Positions 26,846 through 36,755 of a stretch of 64,000 bases of DNA are shown here, in pieces. Under the pieces are notes generated by a model that saw only the letters and a list, made by a program, of their open reading frames with translations, did not search any database and was not told the DNA's origin. Positions within the stretch are counted from its first letter, which is position 1. Every line of letters begins with the position of its first letter. The position numbers and the translations under genes are program-made. This stretch comes from Verrucomicrobiota bacterium. GTDB taxonomy: Bacteria; Verrucomicrobiota; Verrucomicrobiia; Limisphaerales; UBA11358. Where the stretch lies: positions 1,668-65,667 of the forward strand of contig JBEKKN010000003.1 of assembly GCA_050010675.1 (NCBI GenBank), given 5' to 3'.

Positions 26846-27910
26846 CTATTCTCCCACGCCCGATAATTTCTTTACGGAAGGCCCGCCGCCGGACTTTCCC
26901 GGGTGATGATTAACCACCGGCAGGGCGGGCGGCGGGGGTAACCCCAGCTTTTGGTAGGCGAGAATGCCTTTAACAATTGCTTGCACCATCTGGTGGCGGT
27001 AGGCGGCAGTATAAATTTGTTTACCCTCGTACGGATTGGTCATGTAACCGCCTTCGATCAAAATCGCCGGCATCCGGGCATCACGCAACACGGCAAAGCG
27101 GGCGCGCCTTACGCCACGGTCCTCCGCATCCAAATTCCCCACGAGCGATTTTTGGATCTGATAGGCAAACAACAGGCTTTCCCCCTCGTCACGGTTTGCG
27201 GGAGTCGGGCCGTGATCGCTCCCCTCGCCGCGCGCATTGGTGGAACTCGCGCCCACGGGCGTGATGCAATAGGTTTCGGGACCTTCCACTTCACCGCGGG
27301 CTTCCTCGGTGGCATTGAAGTGCAGACTCACAAACAAATCCGCACCCCGCTGGTTCGCCAGCGCGGGACGGTCGGGCAATTCCACGTACGTATCCTTCGT
27401 GCGGGTCAGGATGACGTTGAAACCGGCTTGCCGGAGCTGGTCGCGCAATTCCGCCGCCAGTGCCAGCGTATAGACCTTTTCGTAATGCCAGCCGACACGA
27501 TTGCCGGTGTCCCTGCCGCCGTGGCCCGGATCGAGGCAAATGGTTTTGATGGCCACCGGCCGGGCATATCGCGCCGGGAACATCAACGGGCGGATGGCCG
27601 CGTCGAGGTCGAACTGCGCCACCAGCGCCACGCCCTTTTGATTCGCAATGGGAAATGACAGCGCCACCTGAATGCCGTTGATTTCCACGTAATGTGAATC
27701 CACGCCAAACACCAGCCGGGTGGTCCGGTTGGTGGCGGCCATTTCGTCGCCGTGCTTGAGCCAGACGCAATGCAGACCGTTCGCACGCGCCCAATCCGCA
27801 ATCGGCACATAGTTCTGGCCGTTGAAGCGAAAGGCCCCGGATGGGTACGTGCCGGCGTGAACCAATATTGCTCCCATCAACAAAAACAGCGGCCCGAAAA
27901 AATTTCTCAC
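26846..27910 (-). CDS. N-acetylmuramoyl-L-alanine amidase (Amidase_3 family) with N-terminal extra domain
   Basis: Signal peptide. Contains ICLDPGHGGRDTG, DLFVSLHFNA and RFAVLRDARMPAILIEGGYMTN. Confidence 0.85.
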   Translation of the reverse strand: MRNFFGPLFLLMGAILVHAGTYPSGAFRFNGQNYVPIADWARANGLHCVWLKHGDEMAATNRTTRLVFGVDSHYVEINGIQVALSFPIANQKGVALVAQFDLDAAIRPLMFPARYARPVAIKTICLDPGHGGRDTGNRVGWHYEKVYTLALAAELRDQLRQAGFNVILTRTKDTYVELPDRPALANQRGADLFVSLHFNATEEARGEVEGPETYCITPVGASSTNARGEGSDHGPTPANRDEGESLLFAYQIQKSLVGNLDAEDRGVRRARFAVLRDARMPAILIEGGYMTNPYEGKQIYTAAYRHQMVQAIVKGILAYQKLGLPPPPALPVVNHHPGKSGGGPSVKKLSGVGE

Positions 27911-28129
27911 GATGACGCAATCTGCAATCCGCCCAGTTCCAGCTCAAGAGAAATATGATTTTGACCCGCGCTTTGCCGGGCCGGCACCGGCACGCCTTGT
28001 TCAAAGCCTCGGCCGGCCAATGCGGCCGAGTATCATGGCGGCGGGTTGCATTTCCCATCCCCGCCAGTTACTTAAAAGTTTGATTTCCGGCGCCAATCAC
28101 CTTTCAATGCGGCAGGTTTTTATCAGGAC

Positions 28130-29341
28130 ATGAACATTCACGAATATCAGGCCAAACAATTGCTCGCCCAACATGGCGTCGCCGTCCCGCTGGAGATCCC
28201 CGCGCGATCGCTCGAAGAGGTCCGCAGTGCGGCTGGAAAAATCCTGGCCGGCGGCAGCGCGAAAGTCGTGGTCAAATCCCAGATCCACGCGGGGGGACGC
28301 GGCAAGGGCCTGTTCACGAGCGGGTTTCAAGGCGGCGTGAAGGCGGCGGCCTCGGTGGAGGAAGCGGTTTCCCTGGCGGGCAGGATGCTCGGCAACGTGC
28401 TCGTCACCAAACAGACCGGCGCGGATGGCCGGCGCGTGCAAACCCTGCTCGTCTCCGAAGGCGCGAATATCAAAAAGGAATTTTACCTGGCCGTGCTGCT
28501 CGACCGCGCCGTCGGCCGCCCGCTCGTCATGGCCAGCACGGAAGGCGGCATGGACATCGAGGAAGTCGCCGGCAAAACGCCGGAGAAGATTTTCAAGGAA
28601 TGGGTTGACCCCGCCGTCGGCATCCAGCCGTTTCAGGCCCGTAAAATTGCCGCCGCGCTGGGGCTCAAAGGCGATTTATTCAACGCCGCCGCCCGGTTGG
28701 TCACCGGCGTTTTTAAAACGTGGTGGGAATGCGACGCGTCCCTCGTCGAAATCAACCCCCTGTGCGTCGTGGCGGCGCCCGATGGCAAGGAGACCGTGAT
28801 GGCCCTGGACGCCAAGATTTCAATCGATGACAACGCGCTTTACCGGCACAAGGATATTCAGGAAATGCGCGACCTGAACGAGGAAGCGCCGCTGGAAATC
28901 GAGGCCAGCAAATTCAATCTCAATTACATCAAACTCGATGGGTCCATCGCCTGCCTGGTCAACGGCGCGGGCCTGGCCATGGCCACCATGGATATCATCC
29001 AGCATTTCGGTGGCAGCCCGGCCAATTTCCTCGATGTGGGCGGCGGCGCGAGCAAGGAACAGGTGACGGCCGCGTTCAAAATCATCCTGCAGGATCCGCA
29101 CGTGAAGGGCATTCTGGTGAATATTTTCGGCGGCATCATGGATTGCAACGTCATTGCCACCGGCATCGTCGCGGCGGTCAAGGAAACGCACTTGCACATC
29201 CCGCTGGTCGTCCGGCTGGAAGGCAATAACGTGATGGCCGGCAAAAAAACCCTGGCTGAATCCGGTTTGAAACTCATCACCGGCGATTCCATGGCCGATG
29301 CGGCGCAGAAGGTGGTCCAGGCGGTGGCCGCCAGGCCGTGA
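28130..29341 (+). CDS. sucC: Succinate--CoA ligase, beta subunit
   Basis: [13 protein letters not shown]-terminus, ATP-grasp layout, and a [14 protein letters not shown] block. Confidence 0.95.
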   Translation: MNIHEYQAKQLLAQHGVAVPLEIPARSLEEVRSAAGKILAGGSAKVVVKSQIHAGGRGKGLFTSGFQGGVKAAASVEEAVSLAGRMLGNVLVTKQTGADGRRVQTLLVSEGANIKKEFYLAVLLDRAVGRPLVMASTEGGMDIEEVAGKTPEKIFKEWVDPAVGIQPFQARKIAAALGLKGDLFNAAARLVTGVFKTWWECDASLVEINPLCVVAAPDGKETVMALDAKISIDDNALYRHKDIQEMRDLNEEAPLEIEASKFNLNYIKLDGSIACLVNGAGLAMATMDIIQHFGGSPANFLDVGGGASKEQVTAAFKIILQDPHVKGILVNIFGGIMDCNVIATGIVAAVKETHLHIPLVVRLEGNNVMAGKKTLAESGLKLITGDSMADAAQKVVQAVAARP

Positions 29342-29361
29342 CTCAAGGAATTTAAAACGCG

Positions 29362-29643
29362 ATGCTTCAAGACGAGGGGGACATACAGGCCATCAAACCG
29401 GCGGGGGACGATTCGGAACCGTACCGGCGGCTGATTGAATTGCAGAAACAGATGATTGGACTGGTTCAACAACACGAAAAGACGAAGCGCGAGTGCGCCG
29501 CCTTGCGCGCTCAATTGTTGGAGGAAACGGCTGGGCCGCGGCGGAGTTTGCGCCAGGGCATCGGCCGGCTGTTGGCCGGCGCGCTCCGGCGCGGCGCCGC
29601 CTCCTGGAAACCTCGCGTGGAAAGCCGCTCGCAACCGATATGA
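29362..29643 (+). CDS. Hypothetical small protein (coiled-coil-like) between sucC and sucD
   Basis: 93-aa ORF with ATG start. Its stop overlaps the ATG of the next gene (ATGA at 29640-29643), suggesting translational coupling. Confidence 0.4.
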   Translation: MLQDEGDIQAIKPAGDDSEPYRRLIELQKQMIGLVQQHEKTKRECAALRAQLLEETAGPRRSLRQGIGRLLAGALRRGAASWKPRVESRSQPI

Positions 29644-29999
29644 TCACCGAAATCGCATTTACCGGAACTCCCGTCACCGACATCCAACGCGCCCGCGCCT
29701 TTTACGAAGGCGTGCTGGGCCTCAAGCCCACCATGGAATCCGCCGGCGGTATGTGGGTCGAATACGAGATCGGCACCGGCACGCTCGGCATCGGCTGTTA
29801 CGGCGATGCCTGGAAACCGTCGCCGGACGGAACCTGCATTGCCTTCGAAGCGGACGATCTGGATGCGGAAGTTTCCCGGCTGAAGGCCTGCGGCGTGAAA
29901 TGTGCCATGGAACCCATGGACACACCGGTCTGCCGGTTCGCCATCTTTTGCGACCCGGACGGAAATAAAATCATGATTCATCAACGCAAGGCCGGCTGA
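29640..29999 (+). CDS. VOC (glyoxalase/bleomycin-resistance/dioxygenase) family protein
   Basis: 119 aa. Contains FYEGVLGLKP and FCDPDGNKIMIHQ, typical of the VOC fold. Confidence 0.75.
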   Translation: MITEIAFTGTPVTDIQRARAFYEGVLGLKPTMESAGGMWVEYEIGTGTLGIGCYGDAWKPSPDGTCIAFEADDLDAEVSRLKACGVKCAMEPMDTPVCRFAIFCDPDGNKIMIHQRKAG

Positions 30000-30001
30000 C
30001 C

Positions 30002-30036
30002 GTCAATCGCAAATCAAAAATCCGAAATCGAAAATC
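30002..30036. repeat. Five NNAAATC heptamers filling the spacer upstream of sucD
   Basis: gtcaatc gcaaatc aaaaatc cgaaatc gaaaatc, then aa, then the ATG at 30039. Confidence 0.9.
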
Positions 30037-30038
30037 AA

Positions 30039-30941
30039 ATGTCCATTCTCGTCCAACCCGACACCAAGGTCCTGGTCCAGGGCATCACCGGCAGTTTCGG
30101 CGCCAAACACGCGCAGCTCTCGATGGATTACGGCACGCAGGTCGTTGCCGGCGTCACCCCTGGCAAAGGCGGCCAGGTCTTCGAACACGGCGGCAAAAAA
30201 GCGCCCATCTTTGATACCGTCGCCGAGGCGGTGAAGCAAACCGGCGCGACCGCCTCCGCCATTTTTGTTCCGGCGGCCTTTGCCGCGGACGCCGTCCTGG
30301 AAGGGGTGGACGCCGGGCTGGCCGTGGTGGTGTGCATCACGGAAGGCATTCCGGCGCGCGATATGATTCGCGTGAAGCGGGCCATGCAGGGCAACACCCT
30401 GACGCACCTGATCGGACCGAATTGTCCCGGCGTGGTCACCCCGGGTGAAGGCAAGGACTCTCATGGCGGTTGTCGTATCGGAATCGCGCCCGGTTACATT
30501 CACAAACAAGGCCACATCGGCGTCGTCTCCCGCAGCGGCACGCTCACTTACGAAGCCGTCTGGCAACTCACCTGTCGCGGCGCGGGCCAAAGCACCTGCG
30601 TCGGCATCGGCGGCGATCCAGTCCCCGGCCTGTCGCACCTGGACGTCATCAAACTGTTCAACGAAGACCCGGACACGCACGGGATCATCATGATCGGCGA
30701 AATCGGCGGCAGCGCCGAGGAGGAGGCCGCGGCCTGGATTAAAGCGCATGGCAAAAAGCCCGTGGCCGGATTCATCGCCGGGGCCACCGCGCCGCCCGGA
30801 CGCCGCATGGGTCACGCCGGCGCCATCATCAGCGGTGGCAAGGGCACGGCGGCGGCAAAGATGACGGCCTTCCGCGATGCAGGCATTGGCGTGGCCGCCA
30901 CGCCGAGTGAAATGGCGGACACCCTCTTGAAAATGATGTGA
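30039..30941 (+). CDS. sucD: Succinate--CoA ligase, alpha subunit
   Basis: [24 protein letters not shown] and a phosphohistidine block ([11 protein letters not shown]). Confidence 0.95.
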   Translation: MSILVQPDTKVLVQGITGSFGAKHAQLSMDYGTQVVAGVTPGKGGQVFEHGGKKAPIFDTVAEAVKQTGATASAIFVPAAFAADAVLEGVDAGLAVVVCITEGIPARDMIRVKRAMQGNTLTHLIGPNCPGVVTPGEGKDSHGGCRIGIAPGYIHKQGHIGVVSRSGTLTYEAVWQLTCRGAGQSTCVGIGGDPVPGLSHLDVIKLFNEDPDTHGIIMIGEIGGSAEEEAAAWIKAHGKKPVAGFIAGATAPPGRRMGHAGAIISGGKGTAAAKMTAFRDAGIGVAATPSEMADTLLKMM

Positions 30942-30943
30942 AT

Positions 30944-31003
30944 GTCGTTGAATCCTGAATCGTTAAGTCGTTAAATCGGTTTGACGATTCACCGGTTCAA
31001 CGG
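30944..31003. repeat. Imperfect hairpin built from CGTTGAA/TCGTTAA-type heptamers (sucD 3' spacer)
   Basis: The left arm tcgttgaatcctgaatcgt and the right arm acgattcaccggttcaacgg are imperfect reverse complements. Confidence 0.6.
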
Positions 31004-31008
31004 TCTTT

Positions 31009-31842
31009 GTGGGCATCATTGATTTCATCCTGAACCTCGCCGGCCTGTTGTTGTGGCTCAACTGGCGCTCGCTCCGCTTCGACCCGCTCGGCCAACGCAC
31101 ACCGGCGACGCTCATTGGCACGCTGCGGCGGGCCGAGCCGCGACGGCTGCGGCGATGGCATCTGCCAACGGTACTGGGCGGACTGCTGTTTCTGCGGGCC
31201 GTGCTCTATTGGCAAATCGGCTCGGGCGTCGGTTGGGCGGCGGGAAAACTGAATCTGGGTGTCATTGAACTCTCGTTCCGCAGCGACCACTTCAGACCCA
31301 TTCTGTTGTTTTCCTTTTTTAGCTTCGGACTGACGCTGGGGGTGTTCTATCTCTGGCTGTTGTTGTTTTCCATTTTGGACGGGCCGGAACCGTTTCATCG
31401 CCTGGTGCGAATGCAATTGGGCCCGGTTGACCGCTGGCCGCGCTGGCTAAAATTCTCCCTGCCACCCGTCCTGGCAGCCTGGTCATGGTGGCTGGCCAGC
31501 TGGGTGTTGGCCTGGCTGGCCATTGTGCCACCCCCGGTTTCAGCCGCACATCGGATTGAAGAGTCCCTGATCATCGGCTTGGGGAGTTATCTGGCCTGGA
31601 AATTTGCCGCCGGGGCGCTGCTGGTCCTGCATCTGTTGAACAGCTACATCTACTTCGGCAAACATTCGTTCTGGTATTATGTGGGCGCCGAGGCCCAAAC
31701 CCTGTTGCGGCCATTGCGTGCCGTACCGCTCCGCGCCGGCAAGGCGGATTTCGCGCCGGTCGTGGGAATCGTGCTGGTATTTTTGTTCGCGGAACTCGCT
31801 GAACGCGGTCTGGCCGTCCTCTATGCGAGGTTGCCGTTTTGA
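31009..31842 (+). CDS. Hypothetical polytopic membrane protein
   Basis: 277 aa with GTG start and at least 6 hydrophobic segments. No confident family call. Confidence 0.5.
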   Translation: MGIIDFILNLAGLLLWLNWRSLRFDPLGQRTPATLIGTLRRAEPRRLRRWHLPTVLGGLLFLRAVLYWQIGSGVGWAAGKLNLGVIELSFRSDHFRPILLFSFFSFGLTLGVFYLWLLLFSILDGPEPFHRLVRMQLGPVDRWPRWLKFSLPPVLAAWSWWLASWVLAWLAIVPPPVSAAHRIEESLIIGLGSYLAWKFAAGALLVLHLLNSYIYFGKHSFWYYVGAEAQTLLRPLRAVPLRAGKADFAPVVGIVLVFLFAELAERGLAVLYARLPF

Positions 31843-31845
31843 GTT

Positions 31846-32964
31846 TTAAACCGAGCCGTTCTCGGGTGCAGGCTTCGTTTTCGGCAGTTTGACGGTGATG
31901 GTGGCCCCGGAACCTTTGGTGCTTTCGATGGAAAGCGTGCCACCGTGCAGCCCAATCAGCCGCTTGCCGATTGAAAGTCCCAGTCCCAGCCCCTGCTGTT
32001 CGTGCATTCTGCGATCGAACTGCATGTAAGCACCGATGCGCGTAATCTGTTCGGTGGAAAACCCGCAACCCTGGTCGCTGACGGACAAGACGGCCACGTT
32101 AAATGCCTCGTGCAGCTTGACGTGCACGGGCGTGCCGGGTTCTGAAAATTTGAAGGCGTTTTGGACCAGTTCATCCACAATTTTTACGAAATATTCCTCG
32201 GCCATGGGCACGGCAACGTCCGACAATTCAAGGGTCAAATCCCGGGAACGATTGGCGTGCGTCGCCAGCGCGTTTGCCTGCTTTTCAATCAACGGAACCG
32301 GATGTTCCGTCTGCCCGATCCGGAGGGCGTTGATATTTTTAGGGTCACTGGCAACCAGTTCGAGCTGCGCGTAGATCAAAAAGTTTTCAATCAGCCGTTC
32401 CAATCGCCGGCCCGACTGGTGGATGACATGGCCCATTTCCGCGACTTCCGCGGCCTTGAGCGTGGCCGTGTCCGTGGCCAGCATTTCACCATAAGCCAGA
32501 ATGCCGTTCAGGGGCGTGCGCAGTTCGTGCGGCAGCATCAGGCTGATGTTGTCGCGCAGGCTGGCGAGTTTGCGTTCAGCCTCATCGCGCACGGTCTGGG
32601 CCTTTTTCAGGCGCGCATCCACGGCGGCATACAGCGCGTCCGTGGTGAAAGGTTTTGGCAGATAATCGTCCGCACCCAGTTCCATGCCGTGTCGCATGCC
32701 GGCGTTGTCGGCCAGCCCGGTCATGAGAATGAACGGAATGGCGGCGGTGGGAGCCTCGTTGCGTAGGGACGCCAGCGTCAGATATCCGTCCACCTTTTCC
32801 ATGTTGATGTCGCACAGGATCAGGTCGGGCAGCTCCTTCCGCGCCCGCTCAATGCCATCCGCGCCGTTGGGAGCTTCGATGACTTCGAAGCCCTTTTGCT
32901 TCAGCGCCAGATGAATCATCTCGCGCAGCCATTCTTCGTCATCGATTACCAGGATTCTTTTCAC
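31846..32964 (-). CDS. Hybrid response-regulator receiver / histidine kinase
   Basis: N-terminal REC domain (ILVIDDE...DLILCDINMEKVDG), an H-box (LPHELRTPLNGI), and HATPase N/G boxes (DQGCGF, GLGLGLSI). Confidence 0.85.
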   Translation of the reverse strand: MKRILVIDDEEWLREMIHLALKQKGFEVIEAPNGADGIERARKELPDLILCDINMEKVDGYLTLASLRNEAPTAAIPFILMTGLADNAGMRHGMELGADDYLPKPFTTDALYAAVDARLKKAQTVRDEAERKLASLRDNISLMLPHELRTPLNGILAYGEMLATDTATLKAAEVAEMGHVIHQSGRRLERLIENFLIYAQLELVASDPKNINALRIGQTEHPVPLIEKQANALATHANRSRDLTLELSDVAVPMAEEYFVKIVDELVQNAFKFSEPGTPVHVKLHEAFNVAVLSVSDQGCGFSTEQITRIGAYMQFDRRMHEQQGLGLGLSIGKRLIGLHGGTLSIESTKGSGATITVKLPKTKPAPENGSV

Positions 32965-33059
32965 GGTAAGTACGCCCCAAGTTCAGCACGAATCATGCCT
33001 TATCCCCGGCCCGGTCGGACGTATTTCCCCGGTTTTACAACCGAAACCGGCGGTGGCCC

Positions 33060-34355
33060 CTACTTCCGCTCTTCCAGAGGCACATAATGATTCAGCGTGC
33101 GCCCGGTGTAGACTTGCCGCGGGCGGCTGATGCGGCTCTTCGTGTCTTCCATGATTTCCTTGTAATTGGCAATCCAGCCGGGCATCCGGCCGATCGCGAA
33201 AATCACGGGGAACATCTCCACCGGAATACCCAGCGCGCGCATGATGATGCCGCTGTAAAAGTCCACGTTGGGATACAATTTGCGCTCCACAAAATACGGA
33301 TCTCGCAGCGCCGCTTCCTCCAGATGCTTGGCAATGTCCAGCAACGGGTCGGCCACGTTCAACTTGGACAGGACTTCGTCGCACGCCTTTTTAATGATCT
33401 TGGCGCGTGGATCGTAATTTTTATAGACGCGGTGGCCAAAGCCCATGAGTTTTCGGCCGCTGTTTTTGTCCTTCGCCGCCGTGATGAATTTCGAGCCGTC
33501 ATCGCCTTCCCGGTGGATTTCCACGAGCATTTCAATCACCGCCTGGTTGGCGCCGCCGTGCAACGGCCCCCACAACGCGCACACGCCGGCCGACGCGCTC
33601 GCAAACAGATTGGCCTGGCTCGAGGCCACCATGCGCACGGTCGAAGTCGAACAATTTTGTTCGTGATCCGCGTGCAATAGAAAAATCAAATCCAGCGCCT
33701 TCACGATCTCCGGTTTCAATTCGAAATCCTCGTACGGCGTGGAAAACAGCATGTGCAAAAAGTTGGCCGTGTATTTGTACGCTTTCTTGGGGTAAATCAG
33801 CGGCAGGCCCCGTGATTTGCGATAGGAATAGGCCGCAATGGTGCGCACCTGGGAAATCAGCTTCGCCGCGTAGATGTCAAACTGGTTCGACTTGCCCCAG
33901 CGCCAGTTCATGAGTTCCTCGTCGAAACAGCTGGTCGCGTTGATCATGGCCGAGAGGATCGCCATCGGGTGCGCGCCCGTGGGAAAGCTCTCAAAGTGAT
34001 ACTTCATGTCCTCATGCAGGAATTGATATTCCGTGAACAGGTCGGAGAATTTCCGCAACTCCGCCCGCGTCGGCAGGTCGCCGTAAATAATCAGATAGGC
34101 GGCCTCGATGAAGGTGGATTTCTCCGCCAATTCTTCAATCGGAATGCCGCGGTAACGCAAGATCCCCTTTTCGCCGTCGATGAAGGTGATTTTGCTGATG
34201 CATGAGCCGGTATTGCCGTAGCTCTCGTCCAGCGTGATATAGCCCGTGTTCGCGCGCAGGGACGAAATATCCACCGCCTTCTCGCCTTCGGTGCCTTCCA
34301 GCGTCGGCAGCGAATAGACTTTCCCTTCCAATTCCAGTTTTGCCTCTTTGTTCAT
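33060..34355 (-). CDS. gltA: Citrate synthase (type II)
   Basis: 431 aa. Contains [15 protein letters not shown] and [14 protein letters not shown] catalytic blocks. Confidence 0.95.
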   Translation of the reverse strand: MNKEAKLELEGKVYSLPTLEGTEGEKAVDISSLRANTGYITLDESYGNTGSCISKITFIDGEKGILRYRGIPIEELAEKSTFIEAAYLIIYGDLPTRAELRKFSDLFTEYQFLHEDMKYHFESFPTGAHPMAILSAMINATSCFDEELMNWRWGKSNQFDIYAAKLISQVRTIAAYSYRKSRGLPLIYPKKAYKYTANFLHMLFSTPYEDFELKPEIVKALDLIFLLHADHEQNCSTSTVRMVASSQANLFASASAGVCALWGPLHGGANQAVIEMLVEIHREGDDGSKFITAAKDKNSGRKLMGFGHRVYKNYDPRAKIIKKACDEVLSKLNVADPLLDIAKHLEEAALRDPYFVERKLYPNVDFYSGIIMRALGIPVEMFPVIFAIGRMPGWIANYKEIMEDTKSRISRPRQVYTGRTLNHYVPLEERK

Positions 34356-34493
34356 GATGTCGTCATCGTCGTTTTCGACAATTTGTGGTCAAAAGCGCAA
34401 ATTGGCAAGGCGTGAAAGCAGAATTTTGGGGAAATCCCGGCGCCGATTTCGCTGGTGCATGGTTCACCTTTTTGACTCAATCCCCGCACATCC

Positions 34494-35273
34494 ATGAAAC
34501 GCTGGGCCGCCCTCACCGTCCTGCTCTATGCGCTCGCCCTGCTGCTGCTGACCGTGCCGGTCATTGCCATCGCCTTTGGCGGTTGGGCCAAAGGCGGCAA
34601 TGGCATCGGGTGGCTCGGCGCCCTGAAGACCTATTCCTACCTGGGTTATTGGATCTGGCTCGCCGTGCTCGTCGGCGGACAGGCCTTGCTTCTGTTATTG
34701 CCCATCCATATCGCTGAACGCCGACTGCCGGCGCGACGCCCCTTGAAACTGCCCGTCATCGTCGGCGCGTTCCTTCTAGCCAATCTTTTTGTCGCCGGGG
34801 TTTTCTCCCTGCTTTGTGCCATATTCAAGGAAAACGCTCTCGAAGCTTCTAATCTGCCGGGCCTGTTTCTCAACATCGCAAATTACCTGTATGACAACCC
34901 GGCCACCAATGCGTCCGTTCCCGGCTGGCAAGCCGTTTTAAGCATCTTCGTTCCCGTGCTCGTTTTCTGGTTGATGTGGTCGGTTATTTTCCGTCGCGCC
35001 ACCAAATCCGATGAGCCCGAAGCACTGCTTAAACGGCTCACCCGCTGGCTCCTGCGCGGCAGTATCCTCGAACTTCTCATCGCCGTGCCCAGTCATGTCA
35101 TTGTGCGCCGACGCGACGATTGCTGCGCGCCCATTGGCACGTTCTGGGGCATCGCCACCGGCATTTCCATCATGCTGCTCTGCTTCGGTCCCGGCATTTT
35201 CTTCCTGTTTGTCGAACGTTTCCAACGGTTAAAACCGAAGGACACACATTCCACCGCCAGCCAGGAGAATTAG
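34494..35273 (+). CDS. Hypothetical polytopic membrane protein
   Basis: 259 aa with ATG start and multiple TM segments. No family recognised. Confidence 0.5.
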   Translation: MKRWAALTVLLYALALLLLTVPVIAIAFGGWAKGGNGIGWLGALKTYSYLGYWIWLAVLVGGQALLLLLPIHIAERRLPARRPLKLPVIVGAFLLANLFVAGVFSLLCAIFKENALEASNLPGLFLNIANYLYDNPATNASVPGWQAVLSIFVPVLVFWLMWSVIFRRATKSDEPEALLKRLTRWLLRGSILELLIAVPSHVIVRRRDDCCAPIGTFWGIATGISIMLLCFGPGIFFLFVERFQRLKPKDTHSTASQEN

Positions 35274-35286
35274 CTTCCCTTGGAAG

Positions 35287-35946
35287 TTATCCCGCAATTC
35301 TGTAGGCGAAGCCGACACTGACAATCATGGAGAGAATGAACATGGCTGCAATGTCACCAAACATGAGGTAAAGCGTCCCGGCGGTGGAAGCAAGCGCAAC
35401 ACCCCCGGCAATGACACCCAGCGTCATGTCGGTCCCTTTCGCCAAGAGCCGCGCGCCCAGACCGGAGAGCGCCCCGATGCAGGTGCCCATCAGCGGAAAC
35501 CGGAAATCCGCCCACAGAAAGAATCCGTACATCAATCCCGCACCCAGGCCGGCGCCGAGAACGGCACCCACAATCCCCATGACCAGACTGTATTCCCCCT
35601 GCTCCTTCGGCTTTTTTGCAACTGGCGCGATCGGGCGCACGGCGGTGATGGGCGCGGGCGCGGATGGAATCGGCAGCGGTGTAACGGCCGCCGCCGGTGC
35701 GGGGGCGGGCCGATTGATGCGCAGTCCGGCACCGGGAGGAGGTGGCGCGGGGGCGGCGGGCACGGGCGACGCTACTGGTATCGGCGGGGGCGGGCTGGAA
35801 AACGCCTGGGATAAGATACCATTGGCCGCAGCGGTCCCGTCTGCGCCGCAGACCGGACAATTGACCTTCACCGGCATTCGACCGTTTACCGGCTCGACGT
35901 CAAACTTGTATTTCTGGCCGCAATCGCAAACAACTTTCAGTTCCAT
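35287..35946 (-). CDS. Hypothetical zinc-ribbon / Pro-rich / C-terminal TM protein
   Basis: N-terminal CDCG...CPVCG four-Cys ribbon, a Pro/Ala-rich linker, and Gly-rich TM helices. Confidence 0.5.
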   Translation of the reverse strand: MELKVVCDCGQKYKFDVEPVNGRMPVKVNCPVCGADGTAAANGILSQAFSSPPPPIPVASPVPAAPAPPPPGAGLRINRPAPAPAAAVTPLPIPSAPAPITAVRPIAPVAKKPKEQGEYSLVMGIVGAVLGAGLGAGLMYGFFLWADFRFPLMGTCIGALSGLGARLLAKGTDMTLGVIAGGVALASTAGTLYLMFGDIAAMFILSMIVSVGFAYRIAG

Positions 35947-36191
35947 AAGGGCTCCCTTCCGGTTCCATCTACTGTCAACGGGGAATTTGCGCGGAGATTA
36001 ATTCCGGCCCCAAATGGTGTCCACAGGTTTTTGCACAGACTGTCGGGCAACTTTGCGCCGGCAGTGTTTGCCGACCGCCAACCTGCAACGTTTTGGAATC
36101 AAACCTGCTGGACAGAAACTGAACCGCGAAATAATGTCAAAACCATGAAACCGGACAGGCTGATCTTAGCCAAAGATAGGCTGCAAACCCA

Positions 36192-36215
36192 GCCGCCTAG
36201 TCACTGTTAGGCGGC
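36192..36215. other. 8-bp-stem hairpin containing GTTAGGC, 12 nt upstream of the GNAT gene
   Basis: gccgccta gtcactgt taggcggc. The left half AGCCGCCTA recurs directly after the GNAT stop (36639-36647). Confidence 0.6.
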
Positions 36216-36227
36216 AGCGCACCACTC

Positions 36228-36638
36228 ATGAGACTCACAAGCGATTGCTATTCACTGACTGATGATACGTCTCAATTCGACATTGATGCGATTATGGCAC
36301 TTTTACGGTCCACCTATTGGGCTGCAGACCGCACCCGCGAGCAGGTTGAACTTTCCATACACCATTCGGTATGCGTTGGCCTCTTTCATCAGTCACGTCA
36401 GGTCGGTTTGGCAAGAGCGGTCACAGACTGTGGCGCATACAGTTGGCTTTGCGATGTTGTCGTTCATCCCGACCATCGCGGTAATGGTTTAGGGCGTTGG
36501 ATGCTTGAGCGATTGCTTGAGCACCCCAACGTTGCGCCCACGCGAGTTATCCTTGTCACCAAGGATGCTCAGGAATTTTATCGAGAGCATCGGTTCGAGA
36601 CGCACCCATATCAGTGTATGATAAGGCATCCACAATGA
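36228..36638 (+). CDS. GNAT-family N-acetyltransferase
   Basis: 136 aa. Acetyl-CoA-binding block VVVHPDHRGNGLGRWMLERLL. Visibly lower GC and A/T-rich third codon positions compared with the neighbours. Confidence 0.75.
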   Translation: MRLTSDCYSLTDDTSQFDIDAIMALLRSTYWAADRTREQVELSIHHSVCVGLFHQSRQVGLARAVTDCGAYSWLCDVVVHPDHRGNGLGRWMLERLLEHPNVAPTRVILVTKDAQEFYREHRFETHPYQCMIRHPQ

Positions 36639-36755
36639 AGCCGCCTAATATCAGAATAGACCGCAAACCTACTTCACCAGCTTTGCGTCTTTGCGCCTCG
36701 GCGTGAGATTTTAACTTTTCTTTCGCCGGTTCCAGCTTACTTTGCGCGGACGTAA

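Noticed and set aside
36191-36647. GNAT gene as an integron cassette (GTTAGGC core-site-like hairpin upstream, GCCTAA after the stop)
   Set aside because: The upstream hairpin is only 24 nt, far shorter than an attC site. The downstream copy is a half-site with no closing GTTRRRY. No intI or cassette array is present in the window. I kept it only as a possible small acquired gene.
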